From: Candidatus Cryptobacteroides sp.
Lineage (GTDB): Bacteria; Bacteroidota; Bacteroidia; Bacteroidales; UBA932
Assembly (NCBI GenBank): GCA_045222055.1
Contig: JBGUXJ010000157.1
Coordinates: 1 to 41,118, forward strand
Direction of reading: 5' to 3'
Length of the DNA: 41,118 nt
The position numbers and the translations under genes are program-made. Below are positions 10,248 to 19,956 of this stretch, piece after piece; within the stretch, counting starts at the first letter, position 1, and each line of letters begins with the position of its first letter. Under the pieces are notes generated by a model, which was given only the letters and a program-made list of their open reading frames with translations, did not search any database and was not told the DNA's origin.

Positions 10248-11195
10248 ATGGATTCCTACCAACTGTTGAAATATCTCAAGGGCTCGTGCTCTCCCAAGGA
10301 GGAGGCCGAAATCCAGCATTGGCTTGCCGATGACCCGGATGGTTCCCATAAGGAGACATACCGGCAGATGCACAATATATATAATGGCATGACGTTGTAC
10401 GGCGGATCTTCGCGGAAGGAGGCCAGGCCGGTCTCCTGGTGGCGCCGTTTCGCCGTCTGGTCCGGTGCCGCCGCGGCTGCCGCCGCCTTGTTCGCCGGTG
10501 TGCTGGTCCATCAGCACCATGCTACCATCGACCGCCTGGCGGCACAGACCGAGATCATCCGGGTTCCGCAGGGACAAAGTCTCCAGCTCGACCTGGAAGA
10601 CGGTACGAAGATCTGGCTTAACGGCGGCACCGAGATCGAACGGCCTGCCGTGTTCGGCCGCAAGGACCGCCGGCTGACCGTCCGCCACGGAGAAGTCCTG
10701 CTGGATGTCGTGAAGGATGAGAAGCATCCTTTCTATGTCGAGACGTTCGCATCCACCGTCAAGGTGCTGGGCACCCGGTTCGACGTGGAAGTGGATGAGA
10801 CGGCGGGTGAATTCGCCGTGACACTGCTGCGCGGCCGGGTCGTGGCGCAGGGGAAGGACTCCCGGGAGACCGTCGCCCTGCAGCCGGACGAGCGCCTGGC
10901 CCTGGAGAACGGCCGCCTGACCAAGTCCCGCGTGACCAACCGCTCGGCGGTGGATTGCTGGACGGAAGGCCTGATCGATGTCTCCGGCATTCCTTTCGAT
11001 GCGCTGATGCGCAAGTTCGAGAAGGCGTTCGACGTCCGGATCGTCCTGGACCGCGACGAGATTCCGACCATCAGTTACACCCGTGGCAAGATCCGGATCT
11101 CGGACGGCATCGAGCATGCCCTGGACGTGCTGCAGGTCGCCGCGGATTTCACCTATGAGCGTGATTTCGATTCAAACACGATCATCATCAAATAA
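10248..11195 (+). CDS. FecR-family anti-sigma factor
   Basis: N-terminal anti-sigma helix, TM segment, LEDGTKIWLNGGT, VKVLGTRFDV. Lies between the ECF sigma and SusC. Confidence 0.9.
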   Translation: MDSYQLLKYLKGSCSPKEEAEIQHWLADDPDGSHKETYRQMHNIYNGMTLYGGSSRKEARPVSWWRRFAVWSGAAAAAAALFAGVLVHQHHATIDRLAAQTEIIRVPQGQSLQLDLEDGTKIWLNGGTEIERPAVFGRKDRRLTVRHGEVLLDVVKDEKHPFYVETFASTVKVLGTRFDVEVDETAGEFAVTLLRGRVVAQGKDSRETVALQPDERLALENGRLTKSRVTNRSAVDCWTEGLIDVSGIPFDALMRKFEKAFDVRIVLDRDEIPTISYTRGKIRISDGIEHALDVLQVAADFTYERDFDSNTIIIK

Positions 11196-11221
11196 CACTT
11201 ATTACAAACTATTAAAAACTC

Positions 11222-14200
11222 ATGCGTAAAAGCCTATTCAGCAAAATCTGGAAACAGGCCGCAACCGCAGCGTTCCTCGCCCTTCTCCTTGCCTTCCCGG
11301 CAGGTGCGCAGGGCCAGGGTGGTGTCACGCTCAAGATGCGTGGCAATCTCGAGCAGGTGCTCGACGCCGTGGAGCGTCAGTCCAGATATCTGTTCTTGAA
11401 CGACCAGGTCGACTTGAACAGGACTGTCAGCGTCAACGTGACGGACATGCCGGTCGAGGCGGCCCTCGATGAGATTTTCAAGGGAACCGGTATCCAGTAC
11501 CGCATTACCGAGACGAACATCATCATCTCGAACCGTCCGATCTCTGAAGAAAGGGTACGGGAACTGACCCGTACGGCTCCCCAGCAGCCGAAGAAGACCT
11601 CGACGGTCAGCGGACGCCTGCTGGACCAGAACGGCGAGCCGGTCATCGGCGGAGCCGTCATGCTCAAGGGTACCACCATCGGTGCCAGCACGGACCTTGA
11701 CGGCAACTTCTCCTTCGAACTTCCGGAAGGCAGCGAAAACCGGGTCCTGGAATTCTCCAGTCTCGGCTATGCCATGGTGGAAATGCCCCTCGACGGGCGC
11801 CGGACCTTCAATGTTACCCTCTCTGAGGAGACCGAAATGCTGGAAGGGACCGTCGTGACCGCCCTCGGTATCCGCCGTGCCCAGAAAGCTCTTTCCTACA
11901 ACGTGCAGGAAGTCAAGTCTGACGAAATCCTGGCCAACAAGGACGCCAACTTCATCAACTCCCTGAGCGGCAAGGCCGCCGGTCTGGTGATCAACGCTTC
12001 TTCCGCCGGTGTCGGCGGTGCGACCAAGGCCGTCATGCGCGGTTCCAAGTCCATTACCAAGTCCTCCAACGCCCTGTATGTCATCGACGGCGTGCCGATG
12101 TCCGCAATCAACCGAAACGCCAGCACCGAATTCGGTTCCAACGGCTATACCGACCCGATCGCCGACCTCAACCCGGAAGACATCGAATCCATGACGGTCC
12201 TGACCGGTGCGGCCGCCGCGGCCCTTTACGGCCAGGACGGTGCGAACGGCGCCATCGTCATCACGACGAAGAAGGGCATGGCCGGCAAGACCTCCCTGAC
12301 CGTCGCCAGCAACACGGAGATCTCCAACGTGACCTTCCTCCCGAAATTCCAGGACCGTTACGGCACGGGTGACTACCTGTCCTCCGAAGGTTCCTCCGTC
12401 TACAGCTGGGGCCGCAAGCTCAACGATCTTTCCTATATGGGTTACAATCCGGCCAAGGACTATTTCAAGACCGGCGTGACCACGACCGAGAGCATCTCCT
12501 TCTCGACGGGTACGGACAAGAACCAGACCTACCTCTCCGCGGCTGCCATCAACGCCCGCGGCACGGTTCCGAACAATGCCTACAACCGCTACAACTTCTC
12601 CATCCGCAATACGACCAACTTCCTGGACGACAAACTGATGCTCGACCTGAGCTTCCAGTACGTCCGCCAGAACGACCGCAACATGATCAACCAGGGTCTG
12701 TACAACAACCCGCTGGTCAGCGCCTATCTGTTCCCGCGCGGCGATTCCTGGGAGGACATCCGGATGTACGAGCGTTGGGACAGCAGCCGTCATATCTATA
12801 CGCAGTACTGGCCCTCCGGCGACGGCGGTATCGTGATGCAGAACCCGTACTGGATCAACTACCGTGACCTGCGCACGAACAAGAAAGACCGTTACATGGC
12901 CTCCGCAGGCCTGACCTGGAAGATCGCCGACTGGATCAGCGCGACCGGCCGGGTTCGGATCGACAACACGGCGACCAAGTACGAGGAGCGTTACTATGCG
13001 ACGACCAACAACCTGCTTACCGGCGGTTCCGACAAGGGTTACTACGGACTCCAGAACATCGGGGACAAGCAGACTTACGCCGACGCGATGGTTGACATCC
13101 ACAAGGCGCTTACCGACGACTGGAACCTGCAGGCCAACCTCGGTGCCATCCTGTCCGACTACACCAATGACTGGACTTCGGTCGGCGGCGGCATCGGCGA
13201 CGGTTCCAACGGCGTGGAGAACATCCCGAACATCTTCAACGTGTACGCCATCGGCGCACCCGTCAACGGCCAGGGCGGCTATCATGACCAGACCCAGAGT
13301 CTCTTCGCTTCCGTCGAACTCGGCTACAAGAGCGCCTGGTACCTGACCCTCACCGCCCGTAACGACTGGGATTCCCGCTTGTTCGGCCCCGGCTCGACCA
13401 AGCACTCCTTCTTCTATCCTTCCGTCGGTCTTTCCGCCGTCCTTTCCCAGGCGCTTGACCTGCCGGAATTCATCGAGTACCTGAAAGTCCGCGGCTCCTA
13501 CGCCCAGGTCGGTACTTCCTACCAGCGCTGGATCGCCAACCCGCTCCATGAATGGGACAACAGCCAGCAGTCCTGGAAGACCCAGACGGCCTACCCGGTC
13601 TCCGACCTCAAGCCGGAAATGACCTCCTCCTACGAGGCCGGTCTGCAGTCCCGCTTCGGACAGGGCTTCCGCTTCGACATCTCCTGGTACCTGACCGATA
13701 CCAAGAACCAGACCTTCAACCCGGGCATCTCCTCCGGTTCCGGTTACTCGGACATCTACATCCAGTCCGGTAACGTCCGCAACACCGGTATCGAGCTCTC
13801 CCTCGGCTATGAACACACCTGGGGCAGGTTCGGCTGGAACACCAACTATACTTTCTCGACCAACCGCAACAAGATTGTCTCTCTCGCCCAGAACGTGTCC
13901 AACCCGGTCACCGGCGAGGAATTCAGCGTGGACTTCCTGAACATGGGCGGTCTCGGCAATGCCCGTTTCATCCTGCAGGAAGGCGGCACGCTCGGAGACA
14001 TCTATTCCCGTGCCGACCTCAAGCGCGACAACCATGGTGACGTCTATGTCAACGAGAACGGCACCATTGCCACGGAGGCCTTCACCTCCTTCGGCGACTA
14101 CATCAAGCTGGGCAGCATCCTTCCGAAGGCCAACATGGCCTGGCGGAACGAGTTCCGTTTCGGCAACTTCTCCGCCGCCGCGATGGTCCAGGCCCGCCTG

Positions 14201-14620
14201 GGCGGCATCGTCTTCTCCCGCACCCAGGCCATGCTCGACCGCTACGGCGTGTCCGAGGCCTCCGCTGCGGCACGTGACGCCGGCGGCCTGTTCGTCAACG
14301 GTACCGACCTGATCGACGCCAACAAGTGGTATTCCGCCATCGGCGGCGGCGACACGGTCCCGCAGTTCTATACCTACGATGCGACCAACGTCCGCCTCAG
14401 CGAGGCCTCCGTGGGATACACGATCCCGCGCAGGCACCTGTGGAACCTGTTCGACCTGACGGTCCAGGTCGTCGGCCGCAACCTGTGGATGATTTACTGC
14501 AAGGCCCCGTTCGATCCGGAAGCAACGGCCACCACGACCAACAACTACTACCAGGGCATCGACTACTTCATGATGCCGGGTACGCGCAATTTCGGTTTCA
14601 ATGTACGGCTTAATTTCTAA
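11222..14620 (+). CDS. SusC-like TonB-dependent transporter/transducer with N-terminal STN signalling domain
   Basis: STN-like N-terminus, CarboxypepD_reg-like domain, ALYVIDGVP, DIESMTVLTGAAAAALYG-x2-GANGAIVITTKKG plug, C-terminal Phe. Confidence 0.95.
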   Translation: MRKSLFSKIWKQAATAAFLALLLAFPAGAQGQGGVTLKMRGNLEQVLDAVERQSRYLFLNDQVDLNRTVSVNVTDMPVEAALDEIFKGTGIQYRITETNIIISNRPISEERVRELTRTAPQQPKKTSTVSGRLLDQNGEPVIGGAVMLKGTTIGASTDLDGNFSFELPEGSENRVLEFSSLGYAMVEMPLDGRRTFNVTLSEETEMLEGTVVTALGIRRAQKALSYNVQEVKSDEILANKDANFINSLSGKAAGLVINASSAGVGGATKAVMRGSKSITKSSNALYVIDGVPMSAINRNASTEFGSNGYTDPIADLNPEDIESMTVLTGAAAAALYGQDGANGAIVITTKKGMAGKTSLTVASNTEISNVTFLPKFQDRYGTGDYLSSEGSSVYSWGRKLNDLSYMGYNPAKDYFKTGVTTTESISFSTGTDKNQTYLSAAAINARGTVPNNAYNRYNFSIRNTTNFLDDKLMLDLSFQYVRQNDRNMINQGLYNNPLVSAYLFPRGDSWEDIRMYERWDSSRHIYTQYWPSGDGGIVMQNPYWINYRDLRTNKKDRYMASAGLTWKIADWISATGRVRIDNTATKYEERYYATTNNLLTGGSDKGYYGLQNIGDKQTYADAMVDIHKALTDDWNLQANLGAILSDYTNDWTSVGGGIGDGSNGVENIPNIFNVYAIGAPVNGQGGYHDQTQSLFASVELGYKSAWYLTLTARNDWDSRLFGPGSTKHSFFYPSVGLSAVLSQALDLPEFIEYLKVRGSYAQVGTSYQRWIANPLHEWDNSQQSWKTQTAYPVSDLKPEMTSSYEAGLQSRFGQGFRFDISWYLTDTKNQTFNPGISSGSGYSDIYIQSGNVRNTGIELSLGYEHTWGRFGWNTNYTFSTNRNKIVSLAQNVSNPVTGEEFSVDFLNMGGLGNARFILQEGGTLGDIYSRADLKRDNHGDVYVNENGTIATEAFTSFGDYIKLGSILPKANMAWRNEFRFGNFSAAAMVQARLGGIVFSRTQAMLDRYGVSEASAAARDAGGLFVNGTDLIDANKWYSAIGGGDTVPQFYTYDATNVRLSEASVGYTIPRRHLWNLFDLTVQVVGRNLWMIYCKAPFDPEATATTTNNYYQGIDYFMMPGTRNFGFNVRLNF

Positions 14621-14633
14621 GGAGGACCGGATG

Positions 14634-16217
14634 ATGAAAAAGAATATCATGAAAATCTGGGGCGCCGCTGCCCTGATCCTTCTGGCCGGAGCCTGCACGA
14701 AGAATTTCGAGCAGTATAACTCCAATCCCTACGGCGTGACCAACGACGAGATGCTCCGGGATGGCTACGCCCTGCGTGCCGCCCTGACCGGCATGGCCAG
14801 CGCCGTCATTTCCAACGACGTCAATACTACGCAGTTCACCGAGTGCCTGCTGGGCGGCCCGATGGCCGGCTACCTCGCCGATTCCAACCAGGGTTTCGCC
14901 AACACCATCTCGAACTACAACCCGACCGACAACTGGACGAACGTCCTGCTGTCCTCCAACCGCATCATCCCGACGTTCTTCTCGAACTACGGCGATGTCC
15001 GCAACCTGACCCAGGATCCGATCATCCTGTCGATCGCCAACGTGATCAAGGTCGCGGTCCTGCACCGCGTGGCGGATACCTACGGTCCGATTCCGTACAG
15101 CCAGATCGGCGTGGGCGGAAAGATCCAGGTCGGATATGACAGCCAGGAAGAGGCCTACAAGCATATGCTCGAGGACCTCGATGCAGCCATCGAGGTGCTG
15201 TCGGCGAACCGGGGCAGCAACATCAACGCTTCCGCGGATGTCGTTTACCAGGGTGATGTCGCCAAATGGGCGAAATTTGCCAATTCCCTGAAACTCCGCC
15301 TGGCCATGCGCATGGTCTATGCGGATCCCGCCACGGCGAAGAAGGCCGCGGAGGAAGCGGCTTCCAGCGAAGCCGGCCTGCTCTCCTCGAACGCCGACAA
15401 TGCCCGCTACGACAATTTCAACGCCAATGCGAAGAACCCGTTCTACGTGGTCCAGGTCGAGTACAACGGAGGCGACTCCATGGCCGCGGCCGACATCATC
15501 GCCTACATGAACGGTTACAACGATCCGCGCCGTGCCGCTTATTTCGGCAAGAGCCAGTTCGAGGGCTATGACTATGTCGGCCTCCGCCACGGTATCGTCA
15601 TGCCGGCCAACGACGTGATGCACAAATACAGCACGGTCAATGTCAAGATGGACGATCCGTTCGTCTGGATGAACGCGGCCGAGGTCGCCTTCCTGAAAGC
15701 GGAGGCCGTCGCGGTCTTCGGATTCGAGATGGGCGGTACGGCCAAGGAATTCTATGAGGAAGGCATCCGCCTGTCCTTCGACCAGTGGGGCGTCGGCGGC
15801 GCAGAGGCCTACATCGCCGATGCGACCAGCAAGCCCGCCGCGTATGTGGATCCGATCGGCAGCAACAGCTACGACGGTTCCCTGTCCGACGTGACCGTCG
15901 CCTGGGAGGAGAATGCCGATACCGCCCGCAAGCAGGAGAAGATCCTGGTGCAGAAGTGGATCGCCAACTGGCTGCTCGGCAACGAGAGCTGGGCGGACAT
16001 CCGCCGTACCGGCTATCCGCACATCCTGCCCGCCACCGCCGAGGGCAACAAGTCCAACGGCCTGGTGGATTCCGCTTTCGGCGCCCGCCGGATGAAGTAT
16101 CCTTCCGACGAGTATATCAACAACGGAGCGAACCTCCGTGCCGCCGTCGGCCTTCTCGGAGGTCCCGACGAGATGGCGACCCGGACCTGGTTCGACTGCA
16201 ATCCCAATGTAAAGTAA
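14634..16217 (+). CDS. SusD/RagB-like glycan-binding lipoprotein
   Basis: Lipobox AGAC, DTYGPIPYS, FANSLKLRLAMR, AEVAFLKAEA, ESWADIRRTGYP. Start is 14631 or 14634. Confidence 0.92.
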   Translation: MKKNIMKIWGAAALILLAGACTKNFEQYNSNPYGVTNDEMLRDGYALRAALTGMASAVISNDVNTTQFTECLLGGPMAGYLADSNQGFANTISNYNPTDNWTNVLLSSNRIIPTFFSNYGDVRNLTQDPIILSIANVIKVAVLHRVADTYGPIPYSQIGVGGKIQVGYDSQEEAYKHMLEDLDAAIEVLSANRGSNINASADVVYQGDVAKWAKFANSLKLRLAMRMVYADPATAKKAAEEAASSEAGLLSSNADNARYDNFNANAKNPFYVVQVEYNGGDSMAAADIIAYMNGYNDPRRAAYFGKSQFEGYDYVGLRHGIVMPANDVMHKYSTVNVKMDDPFVWMNAAEVAFLKAEAVAVFGFEMGGTAKEFYEEGIRLSFDQWGVGGAEAYIADATSKPAAYVDPIGSNSYDGSLSDVTVAWEENADTARKQEKILVQKWIANWLLGNESWADIRRTGYPHILPATAEGNKSNGLVDSAFGARRMKYPSDEYINNGANLRAAVGLLGGPDEMATRTWFDCNPNVK

Positions 16218-16229
16218 GGAGGACAGACC

Positions 16230-17336
16230 ATGAAATACATGCATACTTTCCTGATGCTGATGGCAGCCGGCCTGATGGCTTTCTCCGCCTGCGACAAGTG
16301 GACCGAGACCGAACCGGTCAAGGTGGTCTACGAGACGCTGGAGAGCAAGAACCCCGACCTCTATGCCAAGTATCTGCAATCCCTGCGTGACTACCATGCC
16401 TCGGCACACCAGGTGCTGATCGCCAAGTTCGACAACAAGGCGGAGGCTCCTTCCGGCCGTGCGGACCACATTTCCTGCCTGCCGGACAGCGTGGACTATG
16501 TCATCTTGAACAACCCGTCCCTGCTGAACGACCAGATCCGCACCGAGATGGGCGAGATCCGCGAGAAGAAGGGAATCAGGACCCTGATGAACGTCAGCTG
16601 GGACGCCATGCTGGCGGAGTACAACGCGATCCTCGCCGACGAGACGGATGCCAAGAACGCCGAATGGGAGGCCCTCTCCGACGAGGAGAAGGTAGCCCAG
16701 GCCGACAAATATGCGTCCGACCCCCGCGGAACCGATACCCAGGAGCGCTTCGTCGCCTGGATGGGCGAACGTGTCGCCCGGGAACTGGAAATCCCCGACA
16801 ACGAAGGATTTGACGGTATCAACGTCATCTTCAACGGTGCCAATCCGAGTTCCTTCAACGAAGAGAAAAAGGCGGATGTCGCCGCCCGTCAGCAGGCGTT
16901 CTTCTCCAAGGTCGACGCTTTCGTCGCCGCCCATGCCGAAGGCCTGGTCTTCTTCGAGGGTACTCCGAAATACATCGTCGCCGGAACGGAGATTCTCAAA
17001 GCCGCGAAGTTCGTCATCATCCCGGCCCTGTCCGTCACCAATACGACCGGCTACTCCTATGCCGTCAATCTCGCGCTTGGCGCGAACGTCCCGGCTGACC
17101 GCATCGTGATCGGCGTGACGGCCATCGACATCACGGACCCGGCCAACACTGACGGCACGTTCGTGGAAGGCACGGCCATCGTCGGTGCCGCCAACTGGGC
17201 CGTCGCTCCGGCGGCCGGCTACGGCAAGTCCGGCGTCTGCGTCGACCATGCCCAGTTCGACTACTATGACATCACCCATGTTTATTCCCAGATAAGCAAG
17301 GCGATCTCCATCATGAACCCTTCACCCGTTAAATAA
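16230..17336 (+). CDS. GH18-like lipoprotein lacking catalytic residues (probable glycan-binding protein)
   Basis: Lipobox FSAC. YLQSLRDY, LPDSVDYV. FDGINVIFNG stands in place of DxxDxDxE. Confidence 0.75.
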   Translation: MKYMHTFLMLMAAGLMAFSACDKWTETEPVKVVYETLESKNPDLYAKYLQSLRDYHASAHQVLIAKFDNKAEAPSGRADHISCLPDSVDYVILNNPSLLNDQIRTEMGEIREKKGIRTLMNVSWDAMLAEYNAILADETDAKNAEWEALSDEEKVAQADKYASDPRGTDTQERFVAWMGERVARELEIPDNEGFDGINVIFNGANPSSFNEEKKADVAARQQAFFSKVDAFVAAHAEGLVFFEGTPKYIVAGTEILKAAKFVIIPALSVTNTTGYSYAVNLALGANVPADRIVIGVTAIDITDPANTDGTFVEGTAIVGAANWAVAPAAGYGKSGVCVDHAQFDYYDITHVYSQISKAISIMNPSPVK

Positions 17337-17348
17337 GGAGGAATGACC

Positions 17349-18527
17349 ATGAAATTGATTCAATACGCTTTTTCCGTCCTTGCGGGCCTTGCGGTCCTGG
17401 CCGGCTGCCAGACCGAGAAGGACGCGATGGAGAAGCACCATTTCACCAACAAACTCTATATCAATACCGGTGTCTCCTCCGAGGAAATCCTCGTCAAGGC
17501 CGGTGATGCGGACGTTGTCCGTACGCTGTCCATCGGTACGGCCCTGCCGGTCGAAGAGGCGATCGGCGGTGTCTTCGTCGCTGACCAGGATTACGTGGAG
17601 AACTACCGTACGATCTACGAGGCCCCCGAGGCCCAGCCGCTTCCGTATGACAACTGCGTCATCGAGAGTCCGGAAGTGACGATCGCCGCGGGCGCCAATA
17701 CTTCCAACGAGGCGACCGTCACCTTCCCGGGCATCGGCAACCTGGACCGCAACACGGTCTATGTCATGCCGATCGTCCTGAAGAATGTCACGGAAATCAA
17801 CGTCATCGCTCCGAAGACGGTGGTTTACTATGTGTTCAAGGGTGCCGCCCTGATCAACGTCGTGTGCAACATGACCGAGAACCGTGCGGCCGCCCAGGCC
17901 TGGGCGACGCCTGAGAAGTTCACCAACATGACCCACTTCACGGCGGAAGCCCTGGTCCGTCAGAACCAGGCCGGCCGTCTGATCTCCACGGTCATGGGCG
18001 TGGAAGGCCATTTCCTGCTCCGTATCGGTGACGCCGGCGTGCCGGACAACCAGCTGCAGATCGCTTCTTCCCGCAACCTGACCAACTCCAACATGCTGCT
18101 TCAGCTTGGCAAATGGACCCACATCGCCTGTGTCTTCGACGCCGGTGCCGTGACGGTCTATTTCGACGGCCGCAAGGTGCTGGACGGCGAGAACTGCAAC
18201 CGTTCTTCCGTGACCTGGGGTGCCTATGGCTCCGACAAGAGCGAGGTCTCCGGCCGCTATTTCTGGCTGGGTTACTCCTATTCCGGTGACCGCTACCTCG
18301 ACGGCGAAATGTCCGAAGTCCGCATCTGGGACCGCTGCCTGACCCAGGCCGAGATCCAGGCCCCGAACCATTTCTATTTCGTCGATCCGGCCTCCGAAGG
18401 CCTGATCGCCTATTGGAAGATGGACGACGGCGGCGGCACGACCCTGAAGGATTACAGTCCCAACGGCAACGACCTGACCTTGGACAGCGCTACCAAGTGG
18501 CCCAAAGTCAGCCTTCCCGAAGATTAA
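17349..18527 (+). CDS. DUF1735 + LamG/ConA-like surface glycan-binding lipoprotein
   Basis: Lipobox LAGC. YVMPI, WTHIACVFD, YFDG, GEMSEVRIW, LIAYWKMDDG. Confidence 0.85.
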   Translation: MKLIQYAFSVLAGLAVLAGCQTEKDAMEKHHFTNKLYINTGVSSEEILVKAGDADVVRTLSIGTALPVEEAIGGVFVADQDYVENYRTIYEAPEAQPLPYDNCVIESPEVTIAAGANTSNEATVTFPGIGNLDRNTVYVMPIVLKNVTEINVIAPKTVVYYVFKGAALINVVCNMTENRAAAQAWATPEKFTNMTHFTAEALVRQNQAGRLISTVMGVEGHFLLRIGDAGVPDNQLQIASSRNLTNSNMLLQLGKWTHIACVFDAGAVTVYFDGRKVLDGENCNRSSVTWGAYGSDKSEVSGRYFWLGYSYSGDRYLDGEMSEVRIWDRCLTQAEIQAPNHFYFVDPASEGLIAYWKMDDGGGTTLKDYSPNGNDLTLDSATKWPKVSLPED

Positions 18528-18545
18528 AGCAAAGGAGGAATGAAC

Positions 18546-19952
18546 ATGAAAAAGATATTTTATTACGCTGCTGCCCTGAGTCTCGGACTCTCGCTGGCCG
18601 CCTGCGCCGATGACATCGTCGTGGACCATGTCGACGAAGGTGACTACGCCAACGTCGAGAACCTCGTAGCCACGCTCCGCGACAGCAGGACCAACCGGGT
18701 CAGCAACATCGTCGAACTCCGCCAGGAGGCGTACGAGACCTCGGTGTCCGTCGCCCTCGGCCGCGCCCCGAAGAAAGGCGTGGACGTGAAGGTCGAATAT
18801 GATGCCGCCTATCTGGAAGCGTACAACCAGGAGCATGGAACGTCCTTCCGGCTCTATCCGCAGGACAAGTTCTCGATCCAGAACGGAGGACAGATCGTCG
18901 TCGCTCCGGACGAGACACGTTCCTATTCCCTGAATGTCACGCTGCAACCCTTCGATGACAAGGAAGAGGCCACCTACGTCCTTCCGCTGAAGGCCGTCGT
19001 CTCCACGGACGGCGTCAAGGCCTCCGAAGACGAGAGCCATCTGGTCTATCTGGTCAAGAACATGTCCTGGCAGTCTTCCGTGGTCCGCAAGGAAGGGGAG
19101 AAGAAGATCATCGCCTGGATCGAGGTCAACAACACCAATCCGCTCAACATGCTCCAGTTCGAAACCGAGGACGGACGTCTGCTGACCGATTACGTGGTGC
19201 TGTTTGCCTACAACATCAACTATGACCGGGAGAAAGGCGAGGTCTATGTCTTCTCGAACCCGCAGTGCCAGTATATCCTCGACCACTACGACGAGGTCAT
19301 CAAGCCGCTCCGCGAGCGTGGCGTCAAGGTGATCCTCAGCATCCTGGGCAACCATGACGAATCCGGTCTGGCGCAGCTCAGCGACCTGGGCTGCCGCGAG
19401 TTCGCGCAGAAGGTGGCCGCCGTGGTCAACGGCTATGGTTTCGACGGCATCAACTATGATGACGAGTATTCCAACAGCCCGGACCTGAGTAACCCGCTGT
19501 TCGCTCCGCACTCCACGACCCAGGGCAACCGTCTCTATTTCGAGACCAAGAAACTCATGCCGGACAAGGAGATGGTCTCCTACCAGTATGGCTCCGCCCT
19601 CGGCAACGCCGAAGTCGACGGTGTCGATCCGTCCGAGTACATGGATATCTTCAACGGAGACTATGGCCGCAGGGCCGTGCCTTACGGCAAGTCCTCCCTG
19701 TCCGCCTGCTCCTATCAGTCGACGGAATTCGCCCAGGGCCGTTATATCCCGACGGAGTCCGAGGCCCAGAATTTCGTGAATTCCGAATATGGTTTCTGGA
19801 TGGTCTTCTCCCTGTGGAACACCCAGGGCCGCCAGTCCGACTGGAATGCGATGAACATCCTTTCCCAGAAGGTGCTCGGCTCTCCGCTCAAGAAGCCCGC
19901 GATCTATTATCCTGAGACCAAGTCCCTCAATACCAAACCCATAACCTGGTAA
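18546..19952 (+). CDS. GH18 endo-beta-N-acetylglucosaminidase with N-terminal DUF1735-like domain, lipoprotein
   Basis: Lipobox LAAC. EVNNTNPLN, VVLFAYNINYD, LSILGNHD, FDGINYDDEY (DxE intact), EndoH/EndoF1-like. Confidence 0.9.
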   Translation: MKKIFYYAAALSLGLSLAACADDIVVDHVDEGDYANVENLVATLRDSRTNRVSNIVELRQEAYETSVSVALGRAPKKGVDVKVEYDAAYLEAYNQEHGTSFRLYPQDKFSIQNGGQIVVAPDETRSYSLNVTLQPFDDKEEATYVLPLKAVVSTDGVKASEDESHLVYLVKNMSWQSSVVRKEGEKKIIAWIEVNNTNPLNMLQFETEDGRLLTDYVVLFAYNINYDREKGEVYVFSNPQCQYILDHYDEVIKPLRERGVKVILSILGNHDESGLAQLSDLGCREFAQKVAAVVNGYGFDGINYDDEYSNSPDLSNPLFAPHSTTQGNRLYFETKKLMPDKEMVSYQYGSALGNAEVDGVDPSEYMDIFNGDYGRRAVPYGKSSLSACSYQSTEFAQGRYIPTESEAQNFVNSEYGFWMVFSLWNTQGRQSDWNAMNILSQKVLGSPLKKPAIYYPETKSLNTKPITW

Positions 19953-19956
19953 GCGT

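Noticed and set aside
11234-14725. Very long antisense ORFs (also 4096-6465, 6309-8522, 14610-17279, 17322-20669, 28686-32081, 33595-36219, 36587-39445)
   Set aside because: Shadow frames of high-GC3 genes. They have no recognisable motifs and overlap well-supported genes on the other strand.
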